Shown: positions 50,676 through 62,000 of the stretch, in pieces
Layout: the number at the start of each line of letters is the position of its first letter
Numbering within the stretch: the stretch's first letter is position 1
Source of the DNA: Vicugna vicugna
Lineage: Eukaryota
DNA length: 62,000 nt
NCBI GenBank assembly: GCA_013265495.1
Contig: MU057781.1
Span: 124,001 to 186,000, forward strand
Direction: 5' to 3'
Position numbers and translations under genes: made by a program
The notes under the pieces: generated by a model
Seen by the model: the letters and a program-made list of their open reading frames with translations, nothing else
What the model was told of the DNA's origin: nothing
Databases searched by the model: none

Positions 50676-51141
50676 TGTATCAGTTAGGTGTTCTGAGCAA
50701 CCCCCAGGAGTGTCTGTGTGTGTGCGCGCGCGTGTGCGTGTGTGTGCGGGTGTGTGTGCGCGCACGTGTGTGTGCATGTGCAGGCACAGACAGAGGTAAA
50801 CAAAGACACAGAGAGAAATGTAGGTCTAGGTGATGTAGACGGAGAGGTTTTCTGAGGAATTAAGTGTCTTGGGACCAGCGAGTCCTAAAGCTGTCTGACA
50901 GGCCGGGGATCCCGGACTTGATGCAGAATTCCTTCTCAGGGAAACCTCAGTTTTTGCTCTAAGGCCCTAACTGGATTGGATGAGGCCCACGCACACCGTG
51001 GAAGGTGACGTGTTTACTTAAAGTCAACTGAGCCCACTGTTAACCACGTCCACAAAGTGCTCCACAGCGACACCTAGACCTGCTTTGATTCAGTCACTGG
51101 CCCAGCAGCCTGGCCAGGCTGACATGTGACTGACCATCACT
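50676..51141 (-). mobile_element. MLT2 (ERVL) solo LTR with internal TG/CG repeat
   Basis: 'cagtttttgctctaaggccctaactggattggatgaggcccac...tttacttaaagtcaactga', ending 'ggccaggctgacatgtgactgaccatcac' (reverse of the MLT2 TGTGATGG start). Confidence 0.8.
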
Positions 51142-51779
51142 CTAGCCAAGTGTTTGGGGTCCATTTTGAGAACAGAGGCACCCCTGGGCCCCTGTTTCCA
51201 GAGTTAGAATCAGGTTAAGGGTCTCCTCTCCCCGCAGGTGCCAGATCCATCCCCGAGGCACCAAGGAGCGAGGCTGCGGTTTCACCAGCCCCGGGTCCCG
51301 CCTCCTCCTGCTGCACCCAGGGCCGTGAGTGCAGAACCCAAGGTCCAGCCCAGGGGCTCCCCGGCTTCGGCTCTCAGAGCCTGATAAGAGCACCCACCAG
51401 ACCCCTGTGGGGCAGACAACAGAATTCATTCCCTTTGAGGCAACCGTGCAGCCACAGAGGAGATGATGGCTGGAGGAAGGGGCAAGGTGGAGAAAGGGCC
51501 CCTGGGGCCCACCCAGGTGGGGGTCCTCAGGGCGAGGGTCGAGGCAGATCCCGCCGCAGGTGCGACTGGCCCAGGAGGGCTCTGACCCTCACCACGCAGC
51601 CCTTCCCACCGGCCTCGGGACCATCAGGACCACAGCCAGGGCTGCTGTCACCTCCCAGACACTGCTGCCTTCCCCCAGCCCGCCAGGCCCGGTTCTGAAC
51701 TCCACAGCCACATCTCAAGGGCAGGTGTTTCCCTACCAGCCTCGCGGGAAGATCTCAAAGACAGCGGGGAAGACCTGGC

Positions 51780-51950
51780 CCTGTGTTCCAGCTCCCCTGG
51801 GCGGTGCCCTGGGTGCCATTTAAATTCTCTCAGCATCAGGTCCTTTGTTTGAAGACAGAATCAATATTACTCACCTGACCTGCCTGGCAGGTGAGGACAA
51901 ATAAGAAGTGTTAACCACCTGGAGAGCTCAGCCCCACAGCAGTGGTGACA
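51780..51950. mobile_element. Probable MIR remnant
   Basis: 'atttaaattctctcagcatcaggtcctttgtttgaagac...acctgcctggcaggtgaggacaaataaga' resembles the MIR core. Confidence 0.5.
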
Positions 51951-52239
51951 GTGTCTGATGGTGGGGTCTTCCCTGCCCCTCCTTCCTCACCTCACAATAC
52001 GCACAGCCTGGGGCTTCGGACGTCTCCCCCTCCCTGCGCCCACCTCTGCCAGCGGAGCAGCGAGCGTGCAGGTGGTGGACATGTGGAGGGGGCGCAGGGC
52101 TGCCTCTGATGCAGCTCCCAGAGCCTCATCCATGCAGCGTCCACCACCTTGGGTTCCCCTGTGGCTGGGGAACACCAGCCCCCTCCCTCATCCACAGCCC
52201 CCAAAGGGCAGTGGGCCCCTAGGTTTGGCTGCCCACGTC

Positions 52240-53510
52240 TCCACACTTCGGAGCAGCCATTGCTGAGGTCTAGTCTGAAAGCCCCACACCCACCTTCAAC
52301 ACTCATTTCCCCATGAACTTCACCCCCGACTCCCTGCGGTCTCTCCCATTACCCCGCCTTAGTCTGTGGTTGTTTCGATTTCCACACAAGTGACCCACTC
52401 GACACACAGCCCTCCTGGGCTTCTCCCTCTAGCGCCGTCTCTCGTGTCCCACTGGGGCTGCTCCCCTCCCCGTTCACATGCTTGGCCTCGTCATCACCGA
52501 GAATCGCAGCTCACTAACAATCACCACGCCCGTGGTGCTCGCCCCTAGCAGCTCACTCCTCTGACGCCCCCACCGGGACCAGGCGCTCTCTGATCATCCC
52601 CACGATTTCAAACCATAATAACATCATTGGCATGGATGGCACACCGACACTCCAGGGTCCCCTCCTCCCTGCCCACGTCCTCACCTCCCTCCCACCAGGC
52701 CGACTCCTCCTGCGTCATCACTGCAGTCACTCCTCTGCCCTCTGTTTGGCCAAACCACCAACCTGGTTCAGCCCACCCCATGGCCGCTGCTTGCTGCCCC
52801 TCCTCCTGAGTGTGGCTGAGGAGGCACCACACTGGTGGAACGTTCCCACTTCAGATCCAGGACCCAGCCCTCACACAGGCTAAATACTGCCTAGTAACCA
52901 TCCCACACTCGCTGGCCTTCAAATCTCAAGCTGCAGCCTCAGGGGCATTTGACTCCTCTCCTGGCCTCAAAGCCACGTCCGCTTCATCAGCATGCTCTGT
53001 ATTCCTGGCAGGTGCATCCGGGCCCCGCCTCGCCCGACCCCCCTGCAGCTCTCACCTCGCTCCTGCAGCGTCACCACAGCTTCCTCCTGCTCCTTCCTTT
53101 GCTCTCCCATCTGTGCTCACAGTAGAGCCTCTTCCTGTTGGTCACGACAGATCACAGCACTGCTCAGGTCAGAGCCCTCCGTGGGCCTATCTTCTGGGAT
53201 GCAGCCAAGGTCTTACACTGGCCGGCCAGACTCCACCCAGTCTGCCCTCTCCCTGCCTCCCTCACCCTTCCATGCTCTGTTCCACATGGCTGCCTCGCTG
53301 TCCCTCTAAATTGCCACGCACACGCTCACCTGGGGCCACGCCCTGGCTGTGCACAGGTGTGCCCGTGGTTCACCCCTCCTTCACATCTGCTTGGATTCCC
53401 CATAGCATTTACCATTGAATGTACCACAGCATTCATTTTATTTTCACTTATTGTCTGTGTCTATGCACTGGGACTGGAGGTGTAAATTCTAGGAAGACAG
53501 AGACTGTTGC
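52240..53510 (+). mobile_element. Degenerate L2 LINE
   Basis: C-rich L2-like body ending in the L2 3' motif 'ttattgtctgtgtc...tgtaaattctaggaagacagagactgt'. Confidence 0.6.
52587..52639 (+). repeat. 53-bp exact direct repeat, copy 2 (inside the L2 remnant)
   Basis: Identical to 50139-50191; the flanks of the two copies differ. Confidence 0.95.
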
Positions 53511-53668
53511 CAGGAAATTTTTGTCTTAAAACTTTATTCATTTATTATTGCTCAGGGGTCTATAGGTCAGCACATGATTCTGTGACCTGGACGAGCCTTG
53601 TGGCTGGACTCATTCATACCCCTCCTGGAAGGCAGGGGGTTTCAACGCCGTCCCTTCCCCGCTGTGCC

Positions 53669-53689
53669 TCCAGCACCTTGGACAGCGCC
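53669..53689 (+). promoter_or_regulatory. Canonical RE1/NRSE REST site
   Basis: TCCAGCACCTTGGACAGCGCC versus consensus TTCAGCACCnnGGACAGCGCC: one mismatch outside the variable spacer. Confidence 0.75.
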
Positions 53690-56600
53690 GGGCGCCCGGG
53701 AGGCCTTGAGGGACACCTGCTAATGAGGGGAGCCTGGCTCAGACCCATAGCCGCAGGCTGAGCTTTCTTTTCACTGCAGCCGATTTTGTGGCATCTGTAA
53801 AGCTGGGGCAGCAGCTTCCTTCTGACATCTCATTGCTTAATGACACAGAAGTCGAAGGGATCTGCAGGACTGGAGACCCACTTCTCTGCTCCTCTTCTGT
53901 GCTTGGCAGACGACAACGTCATGGTCACTACACTGATTTGGGGCTGAAAGCCACTGGGCCACTCGAGGAGCATCTAGATTATAAGTTAGAGCCCCTTCAC
54001 CTCATATTTGGACATACTTTTATGTCAGGGAGTATCTGGAGAGATTTTTCATTTTCTAAGTTTAAAAAGAAATTTGTGGCTATTTCCAATGTCACTTTAT
54101 TAAAATAGAAACTAAAAATACTTTGAAGCAATGTCAAAGGCAGCGAGGTTCTCATTTACTGAGAATTTCTCCCCAGGGTGAGCCAATATCTTCTCTTCTC
54201 TCCTTTGCCATGTAGTGGGGTAACTGTCCTCCTTCCAAATTGGTTTATCTCAGTCCACTGCAGCTCACAGCTCAGTGGCAGGGAGAGAACCCTTCCTCTG
54301 GAAGTGTTTCTGCATGGAATTGAGGATGACAGCCAGAAAGCGCCCTCAGCGTGCCTGTCCCCGCCCCATCCCGACCTCTCTGGAGGAATGAGGGGCGAGG
54401 CCACATGCCGGGAGAGACACGCTGTGACTCACAAGCGTGGTTCCCGTCCTGAACTCCAGCTTCCGTACAAGCGAGGCACATCTCCGGAACTCCCTTCTCC
54501 GTTACCACTCACACTCATTTAGGTTTGCTCTGGGACCACGGGCCAGCCACTTCTTCCTTCTATAGTGTTCTCACCCCAAAATGACCAGCTCAAAACAGAA
54601 ACTGTGCTGCACCGCTGAGCCCCAGCGTCTGGTTACCCTTCGCTCCCTGAGCTGTTGCCTCTACCTTTTCCTGACACCAAGATTTTGGTGAGTGGGGGCT
54701 TGATAAATGTCAAGAGCGAGACGCCCCAGGGCACAAGGGGCCCCAGGAATGCTAATCCGCCAGATCTGAGAGACTGGAACCGGCCCCCCCAGTCCTGCCA
54801 GTGTGAAAGTCACTGGGCACCAGGAGAACTTCAAGCCAATAGCGGGTTGACGCGAAGAGGTTTTGTCCTCCCAGTGGGGACGCTTCCTAAAACATGCGGG
54901 TTCAGCTGACGTGCAAGACTGACGTCTCCACCGGAGAAAATGCCGCCCTTCTGGCTTTCATTTCTGTGTTCATGAAGCCGTTGTCTGCACTCTCACCCAA
55001 CGGGCAGCTCCGTGTGAGGGGTGCCGGCCCCCGCCAAGCTCCACGCGGGCTTCAGCTATGCTGGCGCTGCCCTGCTATCAGCTTGATGCCAGACCCAGGA
55101 CAAACGGCGAGGATCACGCATGACAGCGCTCTCGGGAGGCTGTCCCACACACACTTCTAGGGAAACGGCCGCTGCTCACATCTCAACAAAGGGGACGCCC
55201 CAGAATTAGCCAGAAGCACACGTGCAGCTCAGCACAGTCACGAGGTTTTAGTGTGAAATCCTGATACCTCCTGAGGCCGATCGGATGGTTCCAGGTCTGG
55301 GTTGCCAGCTGACTCTCGCAGCTTCAGGAAATGCAACGTGGTTTCCTTTGTAAAGAGATGCTGGGTAAACAGAAGTCTCCCTCTCTGTTGACTATCCGTC
55401 AGGCATTTGAAAACCAGCCAAGCATTCACATAGTGTCTCTGTCACTTTGCAAGCGTAGTGTCTGATTTTTAATTTCCAGCTCTGTTCAGGCAGGCCCACT
55501 GCTTACAAATGAAGGTTTCGGTAAAGAAATATGGGGGCATCTCCTGGCAAAAGGATCTGACAAAATTAGTAGTTGTTGCACAGAGATATAAGAGAATAGA
55601 TAAGGTAGGAAATGTGACCACATGAAACCGCATTTTAGCAAAAAAGAAAGGAACAGGAAAGATAGCATTTTCTACAGGAGCCTTAAAAATCAATGACTGC
55701 AGGTTTTCAAGGGGGGAAATATGTCTGCTCAGCGTAACTGTTCTCAGCCTCCACGTCCACAAGAAACCTTCTGCTGGTTTCCTGCTCTGCTGCGCACAAT
55801 CCAGCACACCCCTGCTTTGCGGGGCGTCTGCCCCCAGAGGGAGAGGGTAGTGGGCTCCCTCCCCCTTGCACGTGGAGCTCAATGCTGCATTCTCCGGATC
55901 ACAGGCTTCCTCTCCCAGGCTATCACTTTGTTTCAACAGCATAAAATGTTCAAACGCTGCGGATGTCAGCGAAGGGGTCAAAACTAGAAGGACCTGTAGG
56001 AGAGAGTGGTGAGCTCTCTCTACGCCCCGGGTTAGTGTGGCTTCCTCTCCTTGTCATCAATTATTTGTGGCTGCAGAGAAAGAGTAAAGAATGTGACCCT
56101 TGAGAAGAGTGCCTCTCAGTCTCCCTGCCTTGTCATCCCCATGCAGCCAACGCCAGCTGTGCCGTATTCCTGACCAAAGCGAGGATTTGACCTGCAAAAA
56201 GGCTGTTCCCCAGTGGACAGGGAGCAAACCGTCTGGTAGACCTTCGCAGGTGCCACAAGGGGGCCCCGCATCTGAGGGTTCCTTTCATGTTTCGCGTTCT
56301 CCGCTCCAGAAACTGTCGTTCAAAGTTTTATAGTCCAGTTGTTGGAGTCAGTCCCCGCTGGAAAATTTCAGACAAACAAAATGAGCAACACCCTCTTCAC
56401 CTGCAGAAGCAGGACGATCTGAAGCATCTGAGGAGGCAGCCTGTCAGTTCTTAACTCTCTCGTAACTAAAGAGACTCACGGGAGCAGGAGGGCAGCCCAC
56501 CGAGGCAGGCTGGGCAAAACGGCGTGTCCCCGGCTGGTCCCCTCGCAGTCTGTCACATCTCAGCAGTTTTGCCTCTTGAAGGCGGTTGATTATCTCTTCA

Positions 56601-56886
56601 CATGGTCGGCAGCCTGACTGGATTTTCTTTTGAAGTTGAGAAGGAAAGCACTTGGTAAAATTTCCGAAAGCAGGTAATGTCCCTTCCGTTAAGCAATGAT
56701 TGCAGTATCAGTGCTCAGGAAACGTATCAACACATCACAGGTGACAGCAGTGCCACCACATTAAAAATACTCCACGGCTGCATGTGGTGCCTTTGAAGGT
56801 TATGGTGGAAAAGATTTCAGGCTTAGCTGCCACAAGCAGCACTGTGTCTTCACGGCCCTCCCACTGCCACGGAACCCTGTCTGAAG

Positions 56887-57122
56887 GTGTGTGTGTGCAC
56901 GTGCGTGTGTATGTGTGTGTGTGTGTAGGTTTGTACACATGTGCATGTAGGTTTGTGCCTGTGGGTCTGTGTGTGCATGTATGCCCATATATGCATGCAT
57001 GCTCGTGTGCATGTACGTGTGTGCATGTGTGTCTGTGTACTCATGTGTGCACGGATATTTGTGTTTCTGTGCACATGTGTGATTGCGTTTTTGTGTGTGC
57101 ACACAAGCGTGTGCATGTGTGC
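56887..57122. repeat. Compound TG/CA purine-pyrimidine alternating repeat
   Basis: About 235 bp of tgtg/gcat/gcac units. Confidence 0.9.
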
Positions 57123-57784
57123 TAGTGGGGAAGGGTTGAAAGCCAATGGGCTAAGCATACTGAGAACCAGAAAAAGAACTTCTGCGGTCCTGACGACCAG
57201 GGCTGCGCCTTGTTCACCACTGATCGCAAATGCTGCCCCACGGTGAATTGAAAAATGAGTTAATGGGTGAATCTGTGGGTGAGAGCAAAGTTAACAGAAC
57301 TGGAGCAAGACTCTGCACTGCAGACTGAGGCCATCTGCTCATCCTCTTGGCAGACGAGAGAGACACCTCCCCCCACTGTACCCCGAGCCCTCCCAGCCTG
57401 TCTGATACCCTGGCATGAGAACCCCAGCCCCCGACAGACTTAGGAGCCCCACTTAGAAAGGCACCTGCTCACGTCTGAGCTAACTGCGTTTTGAAGCAAA
57501 ACCAGAGATCTGTGCATGAAAGGCAGGCTGCCCTCCCGGCACTCACATTGCTGGAGAGGGAGTAACCAGCAGAATCGTCCATGAGTAACGTGAGACATTA
57601 AGAGATTAAACCAAAAACAACTTCAGCAGAAGTGTCTGCTTAATTAAAATTAAATTCTAGCAGCAGTAAAATATGTGTGTCCCGTTTAAAAGAAACCCAA
57701 CATAAAATACTCTGAATTCACATAAACGATAAATTAGTGAGTAGTCGTTCGCATCATACGATTTTTCTTGTCTTTGCAAAGCTT

Positions 57785-58060
57785 TCCTTCCTTCATTTGT
57801 TTAACAAACATTCCTGAACACACACTGGGGCTATAACAATAAATAAGGCAGACACAATGCTTGTCCTTAAGGAGCTCGTGCCAGAGAGGGAGAGGCAGAC
57901 ATGCAAATAAGCAGTTATAATAGAGTGTGACAAAGTGCCCCATGAGTGAGTGTGGCTTTGGAGCCAAAGTAGCAGCAGGGGCCCAGAGGAGCAGGGGAAG
58001 CTCAGCATGGTGGGTGCAGAGGGAAAGAGCACTTCAGTGGGGCACAGACCCTGGGTGGTA
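57785..58060 (-). mobile_element. L2 3' end
   Basis: 'ttccttcatttgtttaacaaacattcctga...ctggggcta...tgtccttaaggagctc...gggagaggcagacatgcaaataa'. Confidence 0.75.
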
Positions 58061-58094
58061 CTCAGAAATGGGACCTGTCAGTGTTGAAGGCAGG

Positions 58095-58440
58095 TGTATT
58101 TGTCAGCATAAGTAAGGTCATGCTGCAGTGACAAACATCTCTTGTCACTCAGGAGTTTGCAAACAAAGTTGAATTTCTTGCTCATGCAAAGTCTGATGTG
58201 GCTCTGAAAACTCTCCAGGGCAACTTTTCTTCAAGTGGAGACTCCGCAATCAGAGGTAAAGACCAGACCTGGAAGCTGCACCACCTGAACACTCTTTTTC
58301 TGTTAAAATGTCTCACGTCAGAGATTAAATGCTTGGCCTGCTAGTGACGCATGACAGTTCTGCCCCTGAGCTAGTGCAGCTGGCCTAACTTTGAGCAGTC
58401 ATGGAAGGACACTCTTTGCATTTGTTGAGAAGGAGAAAAG
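58095..58440 (-). mobile_element. Old MLT1 (K/L-like) LTR remnant
   Basis: 'aggtcatgctgcagtgacaaacatctc...caaacaaagttgaatttcttgctcatgc'. Confidence 0.6.
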
Positions 58441-60392
58441 GACTGGGCGTTGGTGAAGAGCAGGAATGCCTACCACAGCAGGGAACACAGAGGCACCAAA
58501 CAGAGCCCAGGAACTGCGAGTGGGTGATGCCGTCTGGAGAGTCTGTGGTGGAGACACGTGGCTGTTGGTGAGGCTGGCGAGGTCAGCACTTCCTAGGGGC
58601 TCCGGCTCGCCCTGCCAAGGCCTCCTGCCCCAGTACTGGTACAGGACCACCCTACGCAGTCCCACTGTGCCCAGCAAGACGGGCAGTGCTCAGCTCTGGA
58701 GGCAGGATGGGGGTATCTCTTGCTGAAATTGAGGGTCACCAGCTTTGAGAGGAAAAGATGCCAATTTTATGCAGAAAATACTCTGGCTTCTTCCATCTCA
58801 ATTTAATTTGTTCAATGATATTCAGACAAGAAGCGGTTCATGGGCTTTTGGTTCAACTTCAAAGAAATTCCTATAGTAGGAAAGGGAATGCTTGAGGGAA
58901 GTCCCGTTGCCAAGAGGCGATTACTCGTTAAGAGGGAGATTTCAGAGCTCATTGGCTTCTCACAGTCCCACCTCCGAGCTCCCACAGATGAAGTGAGCAG
59001 GAGGTTTGCTCCTGAGCTCTGCCTCTGCTCTGAACCCAGACACTGCACAACCAAGGGGGCCCCCAGGAGGCAGCAACGTCGGACCCAAGGCCATGGCTGC
59101 CGCTGGGCCCCCACTCCCCAGGGGAGGTGGAGCTGTCTGGTCTGGGGGGTCCCAGCACAGCTGTGGGTGAAGAGGGGACGCCATCCACTGGGAAGCAGTT
59201 GCGTTTGGGGCCCGAAAGGGGATGATGGCGGTACTTGGACGCAAGATCGGCTGGCCCCTGGATGCTCAGTGGCTGGGGTGCCATCATGTCGGGAATCCCT
59301 GCAGGGCTAACTCCCAAACCGTTAGTGCCCTGGGGAGTTTTAATGATAATATTTATTTTCTGTTAGTTTTTTGCCAAATGAACCAGCTGGGCGTCTCCAG
59401 AACCGAGGGCTCTATTGGTGCAGATTTGTGCCGGCATCACTTCCAGCCCTTTGACAGAGTCTGTGGTTTCTGTCTCAGTCTTACAGGGAAGAGTGGTTCA
59501 TTCCTGTGTTCATTCATTCAGAAGAGGTTCTGAGCCCGTGGACTCTGACTCCAGACAGGAGGACGTGGCAGGACATCCCACACTTTGCACCTCTGCCACC
59601 TACCCTGTCTGGCGGGGCCCAGACAAGCTCCATCCTGGGCGTGAGGACAGGGGACGGCCTTCCTCCACCCGACCAGTTTGCTTCTCCTTCCACCTGGCCG
59701 AGTCCCCCTTCCTGGACCTTCTCCCCTCTTGGGGCCTGAGTTTCCAGACCCTTCTCTCTGCAACCACATCTCAGGACATTCCACTTGCTCCCTCACAGCT
59801 CGAGATTTCCCACTGGGTGTCTCTCAAATCCATCTGCCCTCTGTCATCACTTCCCCCTTAATGCATCGTCCCCCAGTGACCTCATCCACGTGTCACTGAA
59901 TCCAAAGCAGCGCTGGTCCTGCCCCAGCCCCCGTCCAGAGCTCCAGGCCAGCGCCTCCAGCCTCCTCCAGGTAATGCCCAGAGAACAGAACCTTTTCCCC
60001 AGACCCCTTAAACATCTGTTCCTCCTGAAATCCTACTTAGACCAAGATGCCACAGCCTCCAGATGGCTGCTCTCGACATTCCAGCGCCATCTTCCCCACA
60101 CACGTGCACCGCACTGCCCACCTCTAGTCTGTCTAACCGGTCTCCGGATTCTGCACTGCCCGTGGAAATCGCGCCCATCCTTTCCATCTTGCTGCCTGAA
60201 GTTCCAAGTGGGAGGCCACAGCCAGATTCTCCCGGGTCTCCCCGCTGTGGGCCCCTCTCTGCACATCATCTTCTAGCCTAGTCATTTCTGCCAAACCAGA
60301 CCCAGAGGTCACGTCACACTCAACAGTGTCTAAGGTCTTCCCAGTACCTTTGACGCCGCCCAGGTGTCCCCTCACTGTCCCGCCCCATCTCC

Positions 60393-60439
60393 GTCCTCCC
60401 TGGTCCTCCCTGGTCCTCCCGGTCCTCCCTGGTCCTCCC
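60393..60439. repeat. Tandem 10-mer (TGGTCCTCCC), about 5 units
   Basis: Read directly from the sequence; one unit has a 1-nt deletion. Confidence 0.9.
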
Positions 60440-60929
60440 CCACCACAGGTCCTGTATCGAGCAGCCGGGAGCAGCTCCCCTCTGCCAGCCCCACAGCCTT
60501 CTCCACCGTCCGCCAGTCTGATTCTCTTCCAGGTCAAGGTCAGATGCTCCTTTCTGGTGGTGCCTGTCTGAATGCCCCGGACAGGGGCGGCCAACACCCT
60601 TGATGCTTCTCGGAGTAACAGAATGGCCCTCTAAGGTGTGTGCCACACCGCCTACCACAGCTGTCCCCTCTAACCTGGGACTTTGTTGGGGCCAGGGTGT
60701 GGGTCCCTCTGTGGGACCTGCACCTGGCGCCCAGCTGCACTTGGGAGTAGGGGAGGCACGTGGCATCCAGAGCCTCCTTTGGGGAGAAAACACCCAAATC
60801 TTCCAGGCTACGCACAAACTTTCCATGGGCTGTGCTCTTCTGCCGTTTACACCTCCCCCCCTTCTGTTTCTAGGCTGAAGAAATTATTAAAAGTGCTGTT
60901 CACTCTCTCACACTATAATCACACAGTCC

Positions 60930-61110
60930 TAGAGCCAGAAGACCCACGGGACTGGCTTCCCGTCATCACGGCTCTGCCCCTCCCTGGGACTGTGACCTTG
61001 ACCTGGTTTCTTAACCACCAGGGACTCCTGATCCCTCACCTGCTGTGCGGACTCAGGGGTCCCCGTGCAGAGCACGGCACACAGGGCCGTCCAGGCGGTG
61101 CCCAGCAATG
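60930..61110. mobile_element. Probable MIR remnant
   Basis: 'ctctgcccc...ctgtgaccttgacctggtttcttaacc' resembles the MIR core. Confidence 0.5.
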
Positions 61111-62000
61111 GCGGAGGCTCCTCCTGTGGCTGCCGTGACCGGCTTCGTCATCAGGTTCATTTAGTCAAGAGACGTTAGTCACTCCTTTTGGGCGCCGGGC
61201 TGTGCCCCATGCGGGGACGGATGGTGAATCGGATGGGGCCCCGCTCTTGAGAATTCACTGCAGGGACACATTCTAGCAGCATCGTCCAGCCCAACTTCTC
61301 CTGACACTGAGTTTGTGAGTCGGAATCTGCTTTCTGGACCCCAGCGTGGGGCTCCTCCACCTGCTCTGTTGGTTGGTGCAGCAAAGTTCTCCTGCGGCTT
61401 CAGACCCACGGGCGGCGAATGACCCTTAACTAGAGAGCGCAGCCCACCCGGTCCCCGGACAACGACCACCGGCGGTCACAGCCGGCACCACCGCCCCTCA
61501 CCTTCCGAGGGGAGGCCGGGGGCCCGTGGTGCCCGCCCAGTCCCCCAGCCCTCCTGCCCGCAGGAGCGGGAGGAGAAACGTTTTCTTTACAAGCTGAAAC
61601 GAGTGTTTAGGCCGCGCTGCTCGGCAGCACCGCGTTCTCAAGCTGGTCTAGTTTCCTTGGCTGCGTTTCTGACACGTAAATTAAATTGTTGCTTCTGCCC
61701 CAGATAATCTTCATGTGCGTGGCTCGCAAAGCGAGTGCTATGTGAAGGTTAGTTCTGCACAAGAATGTGAAACATTTTACGCATTTTGCTCTCTCATCAC
61801 GGAAATGATTTTTTCAAAGTCAGCCGCCTCGTTTACCGGGGCGCTTCTCCCACGAGCGGCCAGCTGTGCGCCGCTACGGGCCTCAGCGCAGGGCGCGGAG
61901 GGCACCTGGCACCTGGCCGCGGTGGCTGTGTGCGGTGGGCGGGGGCGTGGGGGAGAGGCTGAGCACGGAGAGGGCCCCTCCTTGTGACATCGGCGACGAG

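Noticed and set aside
50139..52639. Reading the 53-bp repeats as CRISPR repeats, LTRs or att sites of one mobile element
   Set aside because: Only two copies, mammalian context, no integrase, transposase or cas genes, and the interior is a mosaic of ancient repeats.
56735..57246. His/Thr- and Cys/Val-rich ORFs
   Set aside because: Translations of the TG/CA microsatellite.

Overview
Mammalian genomic DNA, not microbial; no CRISPR, tRNA or rRNA seen. The window holds the 5' end of TCERG1L (transcription elongation regulator 1-like) on the minus strand: a CpG-island promoter (~14.8-16.9 kb), coding exons 1-3 (15502-15170, 13170-13024, 12273-12093, all with GT/AG boundaries) and the start of a long intron 3 that runs off the left edge. 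The rest is ~45 kb of gene-poor upstream DNA. Repeats are mostly ancient: L1M-type LINE-1, L2, MIR, and MLT1/MLT2 LTRs. One short younger L1 3' fragment resembles cetartiodactyl elements. I saw no Alu, B1, CHR, Bov-tA, PRE-1 or SINEC, so a camelid-like host is a tentative inference. I found no convincing new gene system, and nearly all ORF-track entries are noise. The most interesting signals are regulatory or mutational: an ATG-TAG start-stop element 1 nt before the TCERG1L start codon; a split (non-canonical) REST site in intron 1 plus a canonical one 38 kb upstream; an exact 53-bp duplication 2448 bp apart; patches of strongly AT-to-GC converted LINE DNA; a micro-inversion inside an L1; overlapping alternative hairpins in intron 1; and loss of an aromatic residue in the first WW domain. 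Repeat boundaries and subfamilies are approximate and come from remembered consensus sequences.
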